64,000 nt of DNA, from positions 13,144,001 through 13,208,000 of the forward strand of contig OZ024764.1 of assembly GCA_964016885.1 (NCBI GenBank). Direction: 5' to 3'. Position 1 is the stretch's first letter. Each line of letters begins with the position of its first letter. The notes under the pieces were generated by a model. That model was not told where the DNA came from, made no database searches, and worked only from the letters and a program-made list of their open reading frames with translations. The position numbers were made by a program, and so were the translations under genes. This stretch comes from Eledone cirrhosa (Eukaryota). Below, piece by piece: positions 39,735 to 53,300 of the stretch.

Positions 39735-42700
39735 TTATGACAAAAATGTTTGATTTTCCTCAACTGTAATCAGGTCTGGTTTCACAATCTTGATGCTGGA
39801 ATATTCTCCCTGAAATAAATTATATAGAGAGAGACTGAACATAGGAGGAACCAAATGCTGTGTGCAGGAGAGGAGGATGTGTTTGTATGGACATGTGATG
39901 TGTATGAAGGATGACAGCTGCATAAAAAGGTGCAGAGCACTAAAAGTTGATGGATGCCGTGGAGTGGGGAGACCCAAGAAGACCTGGCATGAGGTGATAA
40001 GAGCCGACCTTGCCCAATTGCACCTCTAAACGGCGATGACACAGGACTGAGACCTCTGGCGTCACGCAGTAATACAGAAGACCCGACTTCCCACGGGTAC
40101 AAACCAAAGCTGAAGCATATAGACAATATGCCCCCAGCCCCTCTTGTAGGTGTCACGACAAAAAGCACCCAGTCCACACTGTCAAGTGGTCGTGTAGGTG
40201 TCACGACAAAAAAAATCACCCAGTTCTCACTGTAAATGAGGTTGGTGTTATGAAGGGCATCCAAAATCAGTTCCCATATGAGCAAGACAAGGTCATCCGA
40301 CCTAACATTGCCCACATGCTAGCGTGGAAGAATGGACGTAAAATGGTGATGCTGATGATGATGGAAGTGAGATGAGGGCACTCAACACCTCCACTGCAGA
40401 AACTCGTGTAGTGGCCCAACATAAAATGGAGTGAATCAGACTTGGCATCATTTTACAAGACAGGGAGAGTAACACCTAGATTTGACAGCAGACTGGCGTG
40501 AAGGTACTATCTCTGATACAAAACTGTTTAGAACAGCTATGTCAAACTAAGGGTTCCCCGAGGGCCACATGGGTCCCATATGAGTTGGCTGAAGGCCACA
40601 CATGACAACTAATGTTTTTTATTTTATATTGCGAAGATAAAACATGCTCGTGCTGTAAAAACCTTTGTGTGGGCCACATGTTTGGCATGCCTGGTTTAGA
40701 ATATTTATATTTATCTAATAACCTTCCATTACAATTTTATATAGTAACCTTTGTTAAGTTATGTTCCAAACACCAACAGTGTCATTCATTAGAAATATGG
40801 CAATGAAAGGGTTAAAGTGTTTATATTTATCTAAAAACCTTCCATCATAATTTTATGTAAGAACCTTTGTTAAGTTATGTTCCAAACATCAACAGTGTCT
40901 TTCATTAGAAATATGGTAATGAAAGGGTTAAAGTGTTTATATTTATCTAAAAACCTTCCGTCATAATTTTATGTCAGAACCTTTGTTAAGTTATGTTCCA
41001 AACACCAACAGTGTCTTTCATTAGAAATATGGTAATGAAAGGGTTAAAGTGTTTATATTTATCTAAAAACCTTCCGTAATAATTTTATGTAAGAACCTTT
41101 GTTAAGTTATGTTCCAAACACCAAATGAATAATGAGAAAGTTAGTTATATTACTAAATCTCTGTAAATTCTTGATTATTTCCAAAATTATTTGAAAATAA
41201 TAGGCTGTGTTTCATTAAAAATCTGGTAAGAAAGTAGTTTAACCCTTTAGCACTTACATTACTCTATATTTACTATTGTATTCTTACAGTAAAGGCTTTA
41301 CCTCACATAATATCGAATCTATGAGATTTTGATGATATTTATTTTGAGAACAATACCTTAACATCAGTATGAGTGGCCAGTTACAGCCGGTTTGAACAGA
41401 AAGAGGTGAGCGAATTCTGGCCAGATATGGCCGGTTTAAACCTTTAGCATTTACATTATATATACTACTGTATTTTTGTGGTAAGGGCTTTATCTTACAT
41501 AATTATCTCACATAATATCAAACCTATGAGATTTTGATATTTATTTTGAGAACAATACCTTAACATCAGTATGAGTGGCCAGTTACAGCCGGTTTGAACA
41601 GAAAGAGGTGAGCGAATTCTGGCCAGATATGGCCGGTTTAAACCTTTAGCATTTACATTATATATACTACTGTATTTTTGTGGTAAGGGCTTTATCTTAC
41701 ATAATTATCTCACATAATATCAAACCTATGAGATTTTGATATTTATTTTGAGAACAATACCTTAACATCAGTATGAGTGGCCAGTTACAGCCGGTTTGAA
41801 CAGAAAGAGGTGAGCGAATTCTGGCCAGATATGGCCGGTTTAAACCTTTAGCATTTACATTATATATACTACTGTATTTTTGTGGTAAGGGCTTTATCTT
41901 ACATAATTATCTCACATAATATCAAACCTATGAGATTTTGATATTTATTTTGAGAACAATACCTTAACATCAGTATGAGTGGCCAGTTACAGCCGGTTTG
42001 AACAGAAAGAGGTGAGCGAATTCTGGCCAGATATGGCCGGTTTAAACCTTTAGCATTTATACCTATGAGATTTTGATATTTATTTTGAGAACAATACCTT
42101 AACATCAGTATGAGCAGTCAGTTACACCAGGTTTAAACAGAAAGAAGTGAGAGAATTCTGGCCAGATACAGCCTGTTTAAATGCTAAAGGGTTAAAATAA
42201 TAATATCCTTACTGAGCCAGTCTGTAGAATTTTCAAGCCTTTGTCATCAACTGTCTTCAATAGAAATTGCATTTCTGCTTCTGATAAACTAAACCCTGGC
42301 ATGGAACATTGGATCTCATCTTTATCCTCCAGGAATTCTCTGAAAAACCAAACAATAAAATTATATATAAATACATACTTATCGTCTGAAAAAACAGCAT
42401 CGAATTACTCGAAGTCACCTCGAAAGTAACACAGAGGAGACTGAGGTTAGCTGGACATGCTCACCGACATCCAGACTTGATACCGCACTCAGTGCTCATG
42501 TGGGAGCCCCTACATGGACACACTGGAAGAGGAAGACCGAGGTTAACATAGGTTGATGCCCTAAGGACAGACACTGGTCTGTTGGAGACGCAGGACATGG
42601 CAGTGATAATGAGGGACAGAGACCGCTGGAGAGAACTCGTCCATGGATCTCGGGAATTTTACTTGCCCTAGATCTAGATATATAATATGTATTAAAAATA

Positions 42701-45700
42701 CATTTTATATCACTCACCTTATATAGTCTTTGGTACTCTTACAGAACTCTTCACTCACATCCTTCATAGTTTCTTCTGTGTATTTCTCAGCTAAAAGGAC
42801 ACAGAACAAGGTAAATATAAATATCATCATCATCATCATCATCACTATCATTTATAAAGGAAACAACACACCACCACTACTACTAACAAAATAAATACCA
42901 CCACCAACAACCCATTAACACTACCACCACTACACCACCACCAACAACACAAACAACACTACTACCACCAACAACCCATTAACACTACCACCACCACTAC
43001 ACCACCACCAACAACACAAACACTACTACCACCAACAACCCATTAACACTACCACCACCAACAACACAAACAACACTACTACCACCAACAACCCATTAAC
43101 ACTACCACCACCACCAACAACACAAACAACACTACTACCACCAACAACCCATTAACACTACCACCACCACCACCACTACACCACCACCAACAACACAAAC
43201 AACACTACTACCACCACCAACAACACAAACAACACTACTACCACCAACAACCCATTAACACTACCACCACCACTACACCACCACCAACAACACAAACAAC
43301 ACTACTACCACCAACAACCCATTAACACTACCACCACCACCAACAACACAAACAACACGACTACCACCAACAACCCATTAACACTACCACCAACAACACA
43401 AACAACACTACTACCACCACCACCACAAACAACACTACTACCACCAACAACCCATTAACACTACCACCACCACCAACAACACAAACAACACTACTACCAC
43501 CACCACTACACCACCACCAACAACCCATTAACACTACCACCACCACCACCACCACCACTACACCACCACCAACAACAAACAACACTACTACCACCAACAA
43601 CCCATTAACACTACCACCACCAACACCAACAACAACAACACCAACACTAACACCACCACTACCACCACCACCACCAACAACCCATTAACACCACCATCAC
43701 TAACAACAACGCCACCACCACCATCAACAACAACTACACTTACTTTTCTGATAATGAATTGGTTGGTCATTGGTGAGGGTGGAAAACATTTTCTGGTACA
43801 TATTAGAATCGACCACGTCGAATTTATGTTGGTCACTGAAAAGAAACAGAACATTTCAATAAACATGGCTAAGTCTACCTTGGAGAAAAATTTTCAATGA
43901 AAATATTTCTCCTCCACCTCCACTACTGTATTTACAATTATATTTTCATGGTAAAGGTTATACCTCACATAATATCTCACATAACATTTACATTACTCTA
44001 TATATACTATTGTATTTTCACAGTAAAGGCTTTACCTCACATAATATCTCACATAACATTTACATTACTCTATATATACTATTGTATTGTCACAGTAAAG
44101 GCTTTACCTCACATAATATCTCACATAACATTTACATTACTCTATATATACTATTGTATTTTCACAGTAAAGGCTTTACCTCACATAATACCTCACACAA
44201 CATTTACATTACTCTATAAATACTATTGTATTGTCACAGTAAAGGCTTTACCTCACATAACATTTACATTACTCTATATATACTATTGTATTTTCACAGT
44301 AAAGGCTTTACCTCACATAATATCTCACATAACATTTACATTACTCTATATATACTATTGTATTTTCACAGTAAAGGCTTTACCTCACATAATACCTCAC
44401 ACAACATTTACATTACTCTATAAATACTATTGTATTGTCACAGTAAAGGCTTTACCTCACATAACATTTACATTACTCTATATATACTATTGTATTTTCA
44501 CAGTAAAGGCTTTACCTCACATAATATCTCACATAACATTTACATTACTCTATATATACTATTGTATTGTCACAGTAAAGGCTTTACCTCACATAATACC
44601 TCACATAACATTTACATTACTCTATATATACTATTGTATATTCACAGTAAAGGCTTTACCTCACATAATATCTCACATAACATTTACATTACTCTATATA
44701 TACTATTGTATTTTCACAGTAAAGGCTTTACCTCACATAATACCTCACATAACATTTACATTACTCTATATATATTATTGTATTTTCACAGTAAAGGCTT
44801 TACCTCACATAATATTGAATCTATGAGATTTTGATATTATTTATTTTGAGAACAATACCTTAACATCAGAATGTTTGGCCGGTACAGCCGGTTTGAACAG
44901 AAAGAGATGAGAGAATTCTGAAGAAAGAAGAAGAAAGAAGAAGGTGAAGAAAAAGAAGAGTAAATTACTGACCTTTTAACTTTCTGGATTTCGTTCAAGA
45001 TGACCTGATCCTTCGGAAGATGCCTGTGTGCCCTATCCAGGTTGTGGAGAGCTTCTGAGAAATCTCCAAGCTGGTGCAGGGCCTTGAGGAAAGTAGAAAA
45101 AAAACCTCAATATTAGAGCCATGGAGGGCTTGCTAAATAAAGGGTCTGGAGGACCCTTCAGTCAGGTTCAGGAAATAACAACCCCTCTAGTGTTGGTGAC
45201 CTACACAATAACACACCCAATACATGTTGTGAAGGGCTTGGTAATAGGAAGGGCATCCAGCCATAGAAAGCTTGCCAAACAAAGGGCTGAGAGGACCCTT
45301 CAGTTGTTTCAAGGACATGACAGCCTCCCTAGTGTTGGTGATCTACATGATAAATACACCAATACATGTTGTGAAGGGGTTGATAGGAAGGTCATCCAGC
45401 CATAGAAAGCTTGCCAAACAAAGGCCTGAGAGGACCCTTCAGTTGTATCAAGGGCATGACAGCCTCCCTAGTGTTGGTGATCTACATGATAAATACACCA
45501 ATACATGTTGTGAAGGGGTTGGTGATAGGAAGGGCATCCAGCCATAGAAAGCTTGCCAAACAAAGAGCTGAGAGGACCCCTCAGTCATGTCAAGAACATG
45601 ACCGCCCCTCAGAGATGTAGAGGGTTCTTCTAGAAATGAGAAAAGGTAAAAAAACAGCAACAACAATAACAACAACAAAATAAAAAAAACACCATCATGA

Positions 45701-48700
45701 GCCATACCTGTCCCATTCTAAACAAGGCTTTAGTGTTGTAATGATCAAGCTGTAGGACCTTCCGGCAGTAGGTAATGGCTCTCTTGGCATGGCAGAGTTT
45801 CAAGCTGCACAGCGCCATGTTTAATTGGATTGCGATCATAAGGTTTTTATATTTTGCCTCTTCTTTGTCTGATCTCAGGTGCGTATTCTCCAACAAGTTC
45901 AAACACTAAAACATACACAAAAATATAAATATATATCATCATCATCATCATTTAACGTCTGTCGATCTTCCACGCTAGCATGGGTTAGACGGGAATTGTC
46001 CCACTTGAGGCAAGATTGATCGGGTGACCGTGTCTCGCTCGTATAGGACTATCTGGCAGGTTTTCTACGGCTGGATGCCCTTCCTAACACCAACTACATT
46101 TACAGTGTGGACTGGGAGCCTTTTTACCGTGTTACCTACATGGCCACATTACAGTGTGGACCGTGTGTTTTTTGTCGTGACACCTACACAATCTCTTTAG
46201 TTTGGACTGGATGTTGTGGTACCAACAAATAGAATTAGGATTTAGCTTCGAACATAGCTGTATTCATTTTCATTTCATTTCATTTTACGTCCACTTTTCC
46301 CTGCTTGCAAGGGTGGGACGGGAACTGATTCTGGCTTGATTTCTACAGCTGGATGCCCTTCCTAGCACCAACCTCATTTACAGTGAGTGCTGGGTGCTTT
46401 TTTGCCGTGGCACCTCCACGACCACTTTGCAGTGGAATGATAGGGACCCCAGTCCCTATCATCTCATTTCTACAGCTGAGTAAACTGGAGCAATGTGAAA
46501 TAAAGTGCCTTGCTCAAGGAAACAACACATCACCCGGTCTGAGAATTGAACTCACAACCTTTCAATTGCAAGGCCAATGCTCTAACCACTAAGCCATGTG
46601 CCTCCATATAAATATGTATTTGAATTTCGTATTTCTAAAGAAATAAGGCATCATCACTATCATCATCATCATCATCATTATTGTTTACCGTCCCTCTTCC
46701 ACGCTAGCATGGGTTAGACGGGAATTGTCCCACATGAGGCAAGATTGATAGGGTGACCGTGTCTCGCTCGTATACAACTGTATCTGGCAGGTTTTTATAT
46801 GTTTATAAATAAACATTTAGAAAGCCATAGCTACGAAAAACATGCATTTTATCATGGTACCACCACTACTACTTTACAGAGAGGACTGGGTGTATTTTAT
46901 CATGGCAACACGACTACTACTTTACAGGGAAGACTGGGTGCATTTTACTGTGATGCCAGCACTACTACTTTACAGAGTGGATTCGGTGCAGTTTATCATG
47001 GTAGAGTGGGCTGGGTGTATTTTATCATGGTACCACCACTACTACTTTACAGAGTGGACTGGGTGCATTTTATCATGGCAACAGCAGTACTACTTTACAG
47101 AGTGGACTGGGTATATTTTATCATGGCAGCAGCACTACTACTTTACAGAGTGGACTGGGTGCATTTTATCATGGCAACAGCAGTACTACTTTACAGAGTG
47201 GACTGGGTATATTTTATCATGGCACCAGCACTACTACTTTACAGAGTGGACTGGGTGCATTTTATCATGGCAACAGCAGTACTACTTTACAGAGTGGACT
47301 GGGTATATTTTATCATGGCACCAAAGGAAAACAATGACAAAAAAAAAAACATTACCTTCTTGTATTTTAGGACAGCTTTCTGGTAAGAGTTCTGTTTGAA
47401 CATGGTGTAACCCTCCTTGAAGAAAATAACAAAGAATAAGTTTTCATTAACACTCTACTAAAAGTACCAATTGTTAGTTCCTGGGTCACACTAAATGTTG
47501 TGCTACCTTCATCATGATAATTTAACACTTTAACATTTACATTATTCTATATATATACTATTATATTTTTGTGATAAAGGCTTTACCTTACATAAATATC
47601 TCACATAATATCGAGTCTACGAGATTTTGATATTTATTTTGAGAATACCTCAAAATCAGTATGAGTGGCCAGTTACAGCCAGTTTGAACAGAAAGAGGTG
47701 AGAGAATTCTGGGTGGATATGGCCGGTTTAAATGCTAAAGGGTTAATGCAACCCTTTTCTCTCTCTTTTTCTTTCTGTTACCATCCCCTTCTCTTTCTCC
47801 GTTACCATCACCTTCTCTCTCTCACACTCTTACCATCTCTTTTCCATAAAGACCTGAGATCCCAACCAACACCACCACCACTACAACCACATCAAGCCCT
47901 CACACCCCTAAAAAAACTGTCGCTCAAAATACTTACCTGTTTGTGGGTGTCAACAAGCTGACAGATCTTATCGAAGGTAACAGCATGTTTCTCTTCCTGA
48001 AGTATAAACAGAGTAAAAACGATGGTAGAGACCAACAAAAGATAGATTTCTAGTTTAGGCACAAGGCCAGCAAATTTAGAGGAAGCGAAAATTAATTACG
48101 CCAGCTTCAGCATTCGGCAATAAGAAGGAGGGAAGTAGGTGTAAAAGACAAACTCTCTATCTTCAATTCTTTATTCAAAAGAAGGGAGGTAGGTGTAAAA
48201 GCCAAACTCTATATCTTCAATTCTTTATTCAAAAGAAGGGAGGTAGGTGTAAAAGCCAAACTCTATATCTTCAATTCTTTATTCAAAAGAAGGGAGGTAG
48301 GTGTAAAAGCCAAACTCTCTATCTTCAATTCAGTTATCAGAAGAAGGGAGGTAGGTGTAAAAGACAAACTCTCTATCTTCAATTCAGTAATCAGAAGAAG
48401 GGAGGTAGGTGTAAAAGCCAAACTCTCTATCTTCATTTCAGTAATCAGAAGAAGGGAGGTAGGTGTAAAAGACAAACTCTCTATCTTCATTTCAGTAATC
48501 AGAAGAAGGGAGGTAGGTGTAAAAGACAAACTCTCTATCTTCAATTCAGTTATCAGAAGAAGGGAGGTAGGTGTAAAAGACAAACTCTCTATCTTCAATT
48601 CAGTTATCAGAAGAAGGGAGGTAGGTGTAAAAGCCAAACTCGCTGTCTTCAATTCAGTAATCAGAAGAAGGGAGGTAGGTGTAAAAGACAAACTCTCTAT

Positions 48701-50287
48701 CTTCAATTCAGTAATCAGAAGAAGGGAGGTAGGTGTAAAAGACAAACTCTCTCTCTTCATTTCAGTTATCAGAAGAAGGGAGGTAGGTGTAAAAGACAAA
48801 CTCTCTATCTTCAATTCAGTTATCAGAAGAAGGGAGGTAGGTGTAAAAGACAAACTCTCTATCTTCAATTCAGTAATCAGAAGAAGGGAGGTAGGTGTAA
48901 AAGCCAAACTCTATATCTTCAATTCTTTATTCAAAAGAAGGGAGGTAGGTGTAAAAGCCAAACTCTCTATCTTCAATTCAGTTATCAGAAGAAGGGAGGT
49001 AGGTGTAAAAGACAAACTCTCTATCTTCAATTCAGTAATCAGAAGAAGGGAGGTAGGTGTAAAAGCCAAACTCTCTATCTTCATTTCAGTAATCAGAAGA
49101 AGGGAGGTAGGTGTAAAAGACAAACTCTCTATCTTCAATTCAGTTATCAGAAGAAGGGAGGTAGGTGTAAAAGACAAACTCTCTATCTTCAATTCAGTAA
49201 TCAGAAGAAGGGAGGTAGGTGTAAAAGACAAACTCTCTATCTTCAATTCTTTATTCAAAAGAAGGGAGGTAGGTGTAAAAGACAAACTCTCTCTCTTCAG
49301 TTCAGTAATCAGAAGGGAGGTAGGTGTAAAAGACAAACTCTCTATCTTCAATTCAGTTATCAGAAGAAGGGAGGTAGGTGTAAAAGCCAAACTCGCTGTC
49401 TTCAATTCAGTAATCAGAAGAAGGGAGGTAGGTGTAAAAGACAAACTCTCTATCTTCAATTCAGTAATCAGAAGAAGGGAGGTAGGTGTAAAAGACAAAC
49501 TCTCTCTCTTCATTTCAGTTATCAGAAGAAGGGAGGTAGGTGTAAAAGACAAACTCGCTGTCTTCAATTCAGTAATCAGAAGAAGGGAGGTAGGTGTAAA
49601 AGCCAAACTCGCTATCTTCAATTCAGTAATCAGAAGAAGGGAGGTAGGTGTAAAAGTCAAACTCTCTATCTTCAATTCAGTTATCAGAAGAAGGGAGGTA
49701 GGTGTAAAAGTCAAACTCTCTCTCTTCAATTCAGTTATCAGAAGAAGGGAGGTAGGTGTAAAAGCCAAACTCTCTCTCTTCATTTCAGTTATCAGAAGAA
49801 GGGAGGTAGGTGTAAAAGCCAAACTTGCCATCTTCAATTCAGTTTTTGTGCTAACCTTTAACTTATGGTCATGAATCTTGGGAACTGACTGAAAAAATAC
49901 AATTGTGAATACAAGCGACTGAAATGGGTTTCCTCCAAAGGGCCTTTGGAGTAATGTTACTCGATAAAGTGTGTAGCTCGGAGATCAGGGAGTTACTCCA
50001 GGTAGAGCAGCTACTTCTCCGAATTGAAAGATCACAGCTCCGATACTATGGGCATGTGGTTAGAATGTCACAGAAAAGAATCACTGGACAGATTTTACGG
50101 GTAAAACCAACAGGTAGGAGACCCAGGGGTAGATCCTGAGCAAGAGGGTTGGATAATAGCTATAAGCTTGGCTGGTCTCGTTTAGGGATACAGCCAGGTC
50201 AGTTGGAGGCAGTTGCTTCTGATAGGATCTACTGGAAGGAGTGTTTGAAGACAACAGGAGGATCATGTGATATGATCTACACTTCTA

Positions 50288-50373
<86 letters not shown>

Positions 50374-53300
50374 GAGAGGGAGAGAGAGAGGATAACCGGT
50401 GGGTAAAGAAGTGCCAAGAAATCGCAGTGGAAGGAAGACGCAGTCGAGGAAGACCACGAAAAACATGGGCAGAGGTGGTGAGAGCTGACCCTCAGATCGC
50501 TGAAACTCACGGAGGAGATGACGAAGGACCGTGACCAGTGGAGAGATGCTGTGTTGAATAGGATCTGTCCCACCCTTGCAAGCAGGGAAAAGCAGACGTA
50601 AAAAGATGATATATATATATGTGTGTGTGTGTGTATCTATGTCTAGCAATACTAACCTCTGACAGCAGAAAAAAATCCTCAATACCCAGTTCATCAGCAA
50701 TTGACAAAACTTCAATTTCAAATAAGGCTATTGATCGAAGACAAAATAAAAGAGAAAGAAAAAATCAATCAGTCAATCAGTTCAATAAATGAATCAATTA
50801 AATTAATCAACAATCTTCTCCACCTCCTCTTTCTTCTTTTTCTAAATACTATAGATTATGGAACAAACTACCTGCATCAGTTGTTAGCTGTCGAGACACT
50901 GCATCCTTTAAAACCTCCATGGAACAAATTACCTGCATCAGTTGTTAGCTGTCGAGACACTGCATCCTTTAAAACCTCCATGGAACAAACTACCTGCATC
51001 AGTTGTTAGCTGTCGAGACACTGCATCCTTTAAAACCTCCATGGAACAAACTACCTGCATCAGTTGTTAGCTGTTGGGACACTGCATCCTTTAAAACCTC
51101 CATGGAACAAACTACCTGCATCAGTTGTTAGCTGTCGAGACACTGCATCCTTTAAAACCTCCATGGAACAAATTACCTGCATCAGTTGTTAGCTGTCGAG
51201 ACACTGCATCCTTTAAAACCTCCATGGAACAAACTACCTGCATCAGTTGTTAGCTGTCGAGACACTGCATCCTTTAAAACCTCCATGGAACAAACTACCT
51301 GCATCAGTTGTTAGCTGTTGGGACACTGCATCCTTTAAAACCGCCATGGAACAAACTACCTGCATCAGTTGTTAGTTGTCGAGACACTGCATCCTTTAAA
51401 ACCTCCATGGAACAAACTACCTGCATCAGTTGTTAGCTGTTGGGACACTGCATCCTTTAAAACCTCCATGGAACAAACTACCTGCATCAGTTGTTAGCTG
51501 TCGAGACACTGCATCCTTTAAAACCTCCATGGAACAAATTACCTGCATCAGTTGTTAGCTGTCGAGACACTGCATCCTTTAAAACCTCCATGGAACAAAC
51601 TACCTGCATCAGTTGTTAGCTGTCGAGACACTGCATCCTTTAAAACCTCCATGGAACAAACTACCTGCATCAGTTGTTAGCTGTTGAGACACTGCATCCC
51701 TTAAAACCTCCATGGAACAAACTACCTGCATCAGTAGTTAGCTGTCGAGACACTGCATCCTTTAAAACCTCCATGGAACAAACTACCTACATAAGTTGTT
51801 AGCTGTCGAGACACTGCATCCTTTAAAACCTCCATGGAACAAACTACCTGCATCAGTTGTTAGCTGTTGGGACACTGCATCCTTTAAAACCTCCATGGAA
51901 CAAACTACCTGCATCAGTTGTTAGTTGTCGAGACACTGCATCCTTTAAAACCTCCATGGAACAAACTACCTGCATCAGTTGTTAGCTGTTGGGACACTGC
52001 ATCCTTTAAAACCTCCATGGAACAAACTATCTGCATCAGTTGTTAGCTGTCGAGACACTGCATCCTTTAAAACCTCCATGGAACAAACTACCTGCATCAG
52101 TTGTTAGCTGTCGAGACACTGCATCCTTTAAAACCTCCATGGAACAAACTACCTGCATCAGTTGTTAGCTGTTGAGACACTGCATCCTTCAAAACCCCCA
52201 TGGAACAAACTACCTGCATCAGTTGTTAGCTGTTGAGACACTGCATCCTTCAAAACCTCCACGGAACAAACTACCTGCATCCTTTAAAACCTCCATGGAA
52301 CAAACTACCTACATCAGTTGTTAGCTGTCGAGACACTGCATCCTTTAAAACCTCCATGGAACAAACTACCTGCATCAGTTGTTAGCTGTTGAGACACTGC
52401 ATCCCTTAAAACCTCCATGCTTCCTGAGATCCGCCAACACTACACCTAATATCCCCCCTCCATACACACGCACACATGTATATCATGACTCATACACTAT
52501 TCACTTCCCTGACATTTGTATATTATTCTATGTACTATACATGCACCTTTGATGAGTTGTAGTGCACCTGAGCACTACACAATAATTTCATTATTATTAT
52601 TATTATTATATTATTAAAGGGTTAAAATCATCTGACAGGTCTGATGGTCTAATAAATTGGAGGAGGGGGTAATCTAAGGTGTCCCTTCCAACAACAACAG
52701 TGAGACAGATACTAAAAAATCTTACCAGGGGCGTTCCGAGGGATCCTTGGAGGACATCCAACCTCTTGGAAGCCATATCTTGGTTGGATTAAAAACCAGG
52801 AGATCTCTCCTTTCCTCATTGTCAACAAGGCAACTTCCCAGCCAGGAATGGCTCTACCTGAAATATTAAATAAATAAAGAAATTTAAAAAAAAATAAAAT
52901 AATAATAATAATAATCATGCCAACCCTTGCCTATGGGTCTTGGGTAATGACCAAAAAGAATACAATTGTGAATACAAGTGACCAAAATGGGGTTCCTCCA
53001 AAGGGTCTTTGGAGTAACATAACTCAAAGTGCGTAGCTCAGAGATCAGAGAGTCATTCCAGGTAGAACCTCTGCTTCTCCGAATTGAGAGATCACAGCCA
53101 TGTCTAACCACATGTCTGTAGTATCAGAATGTCTCAGGAAAGAATCTCTGAATGGAGAGATCACAGCTCTGATACTATAGACATGTGGTTAGAATGTCTC
53201 AGGAAAGAATTCTGAATTGAGAGATCACAGCTCTGATACTACAGACATGTGGTTAGAATGTCTCAGGAAAGAATCTCTGGATTGAGAGACCACAGCTCTG

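Noticed and set aside
48263-49837. SLAFTPTSLLLITELKIE repeat protein
   Set aside because: Antisense reading of an RTE-derived 54-bp array within an FKBP6 intron.
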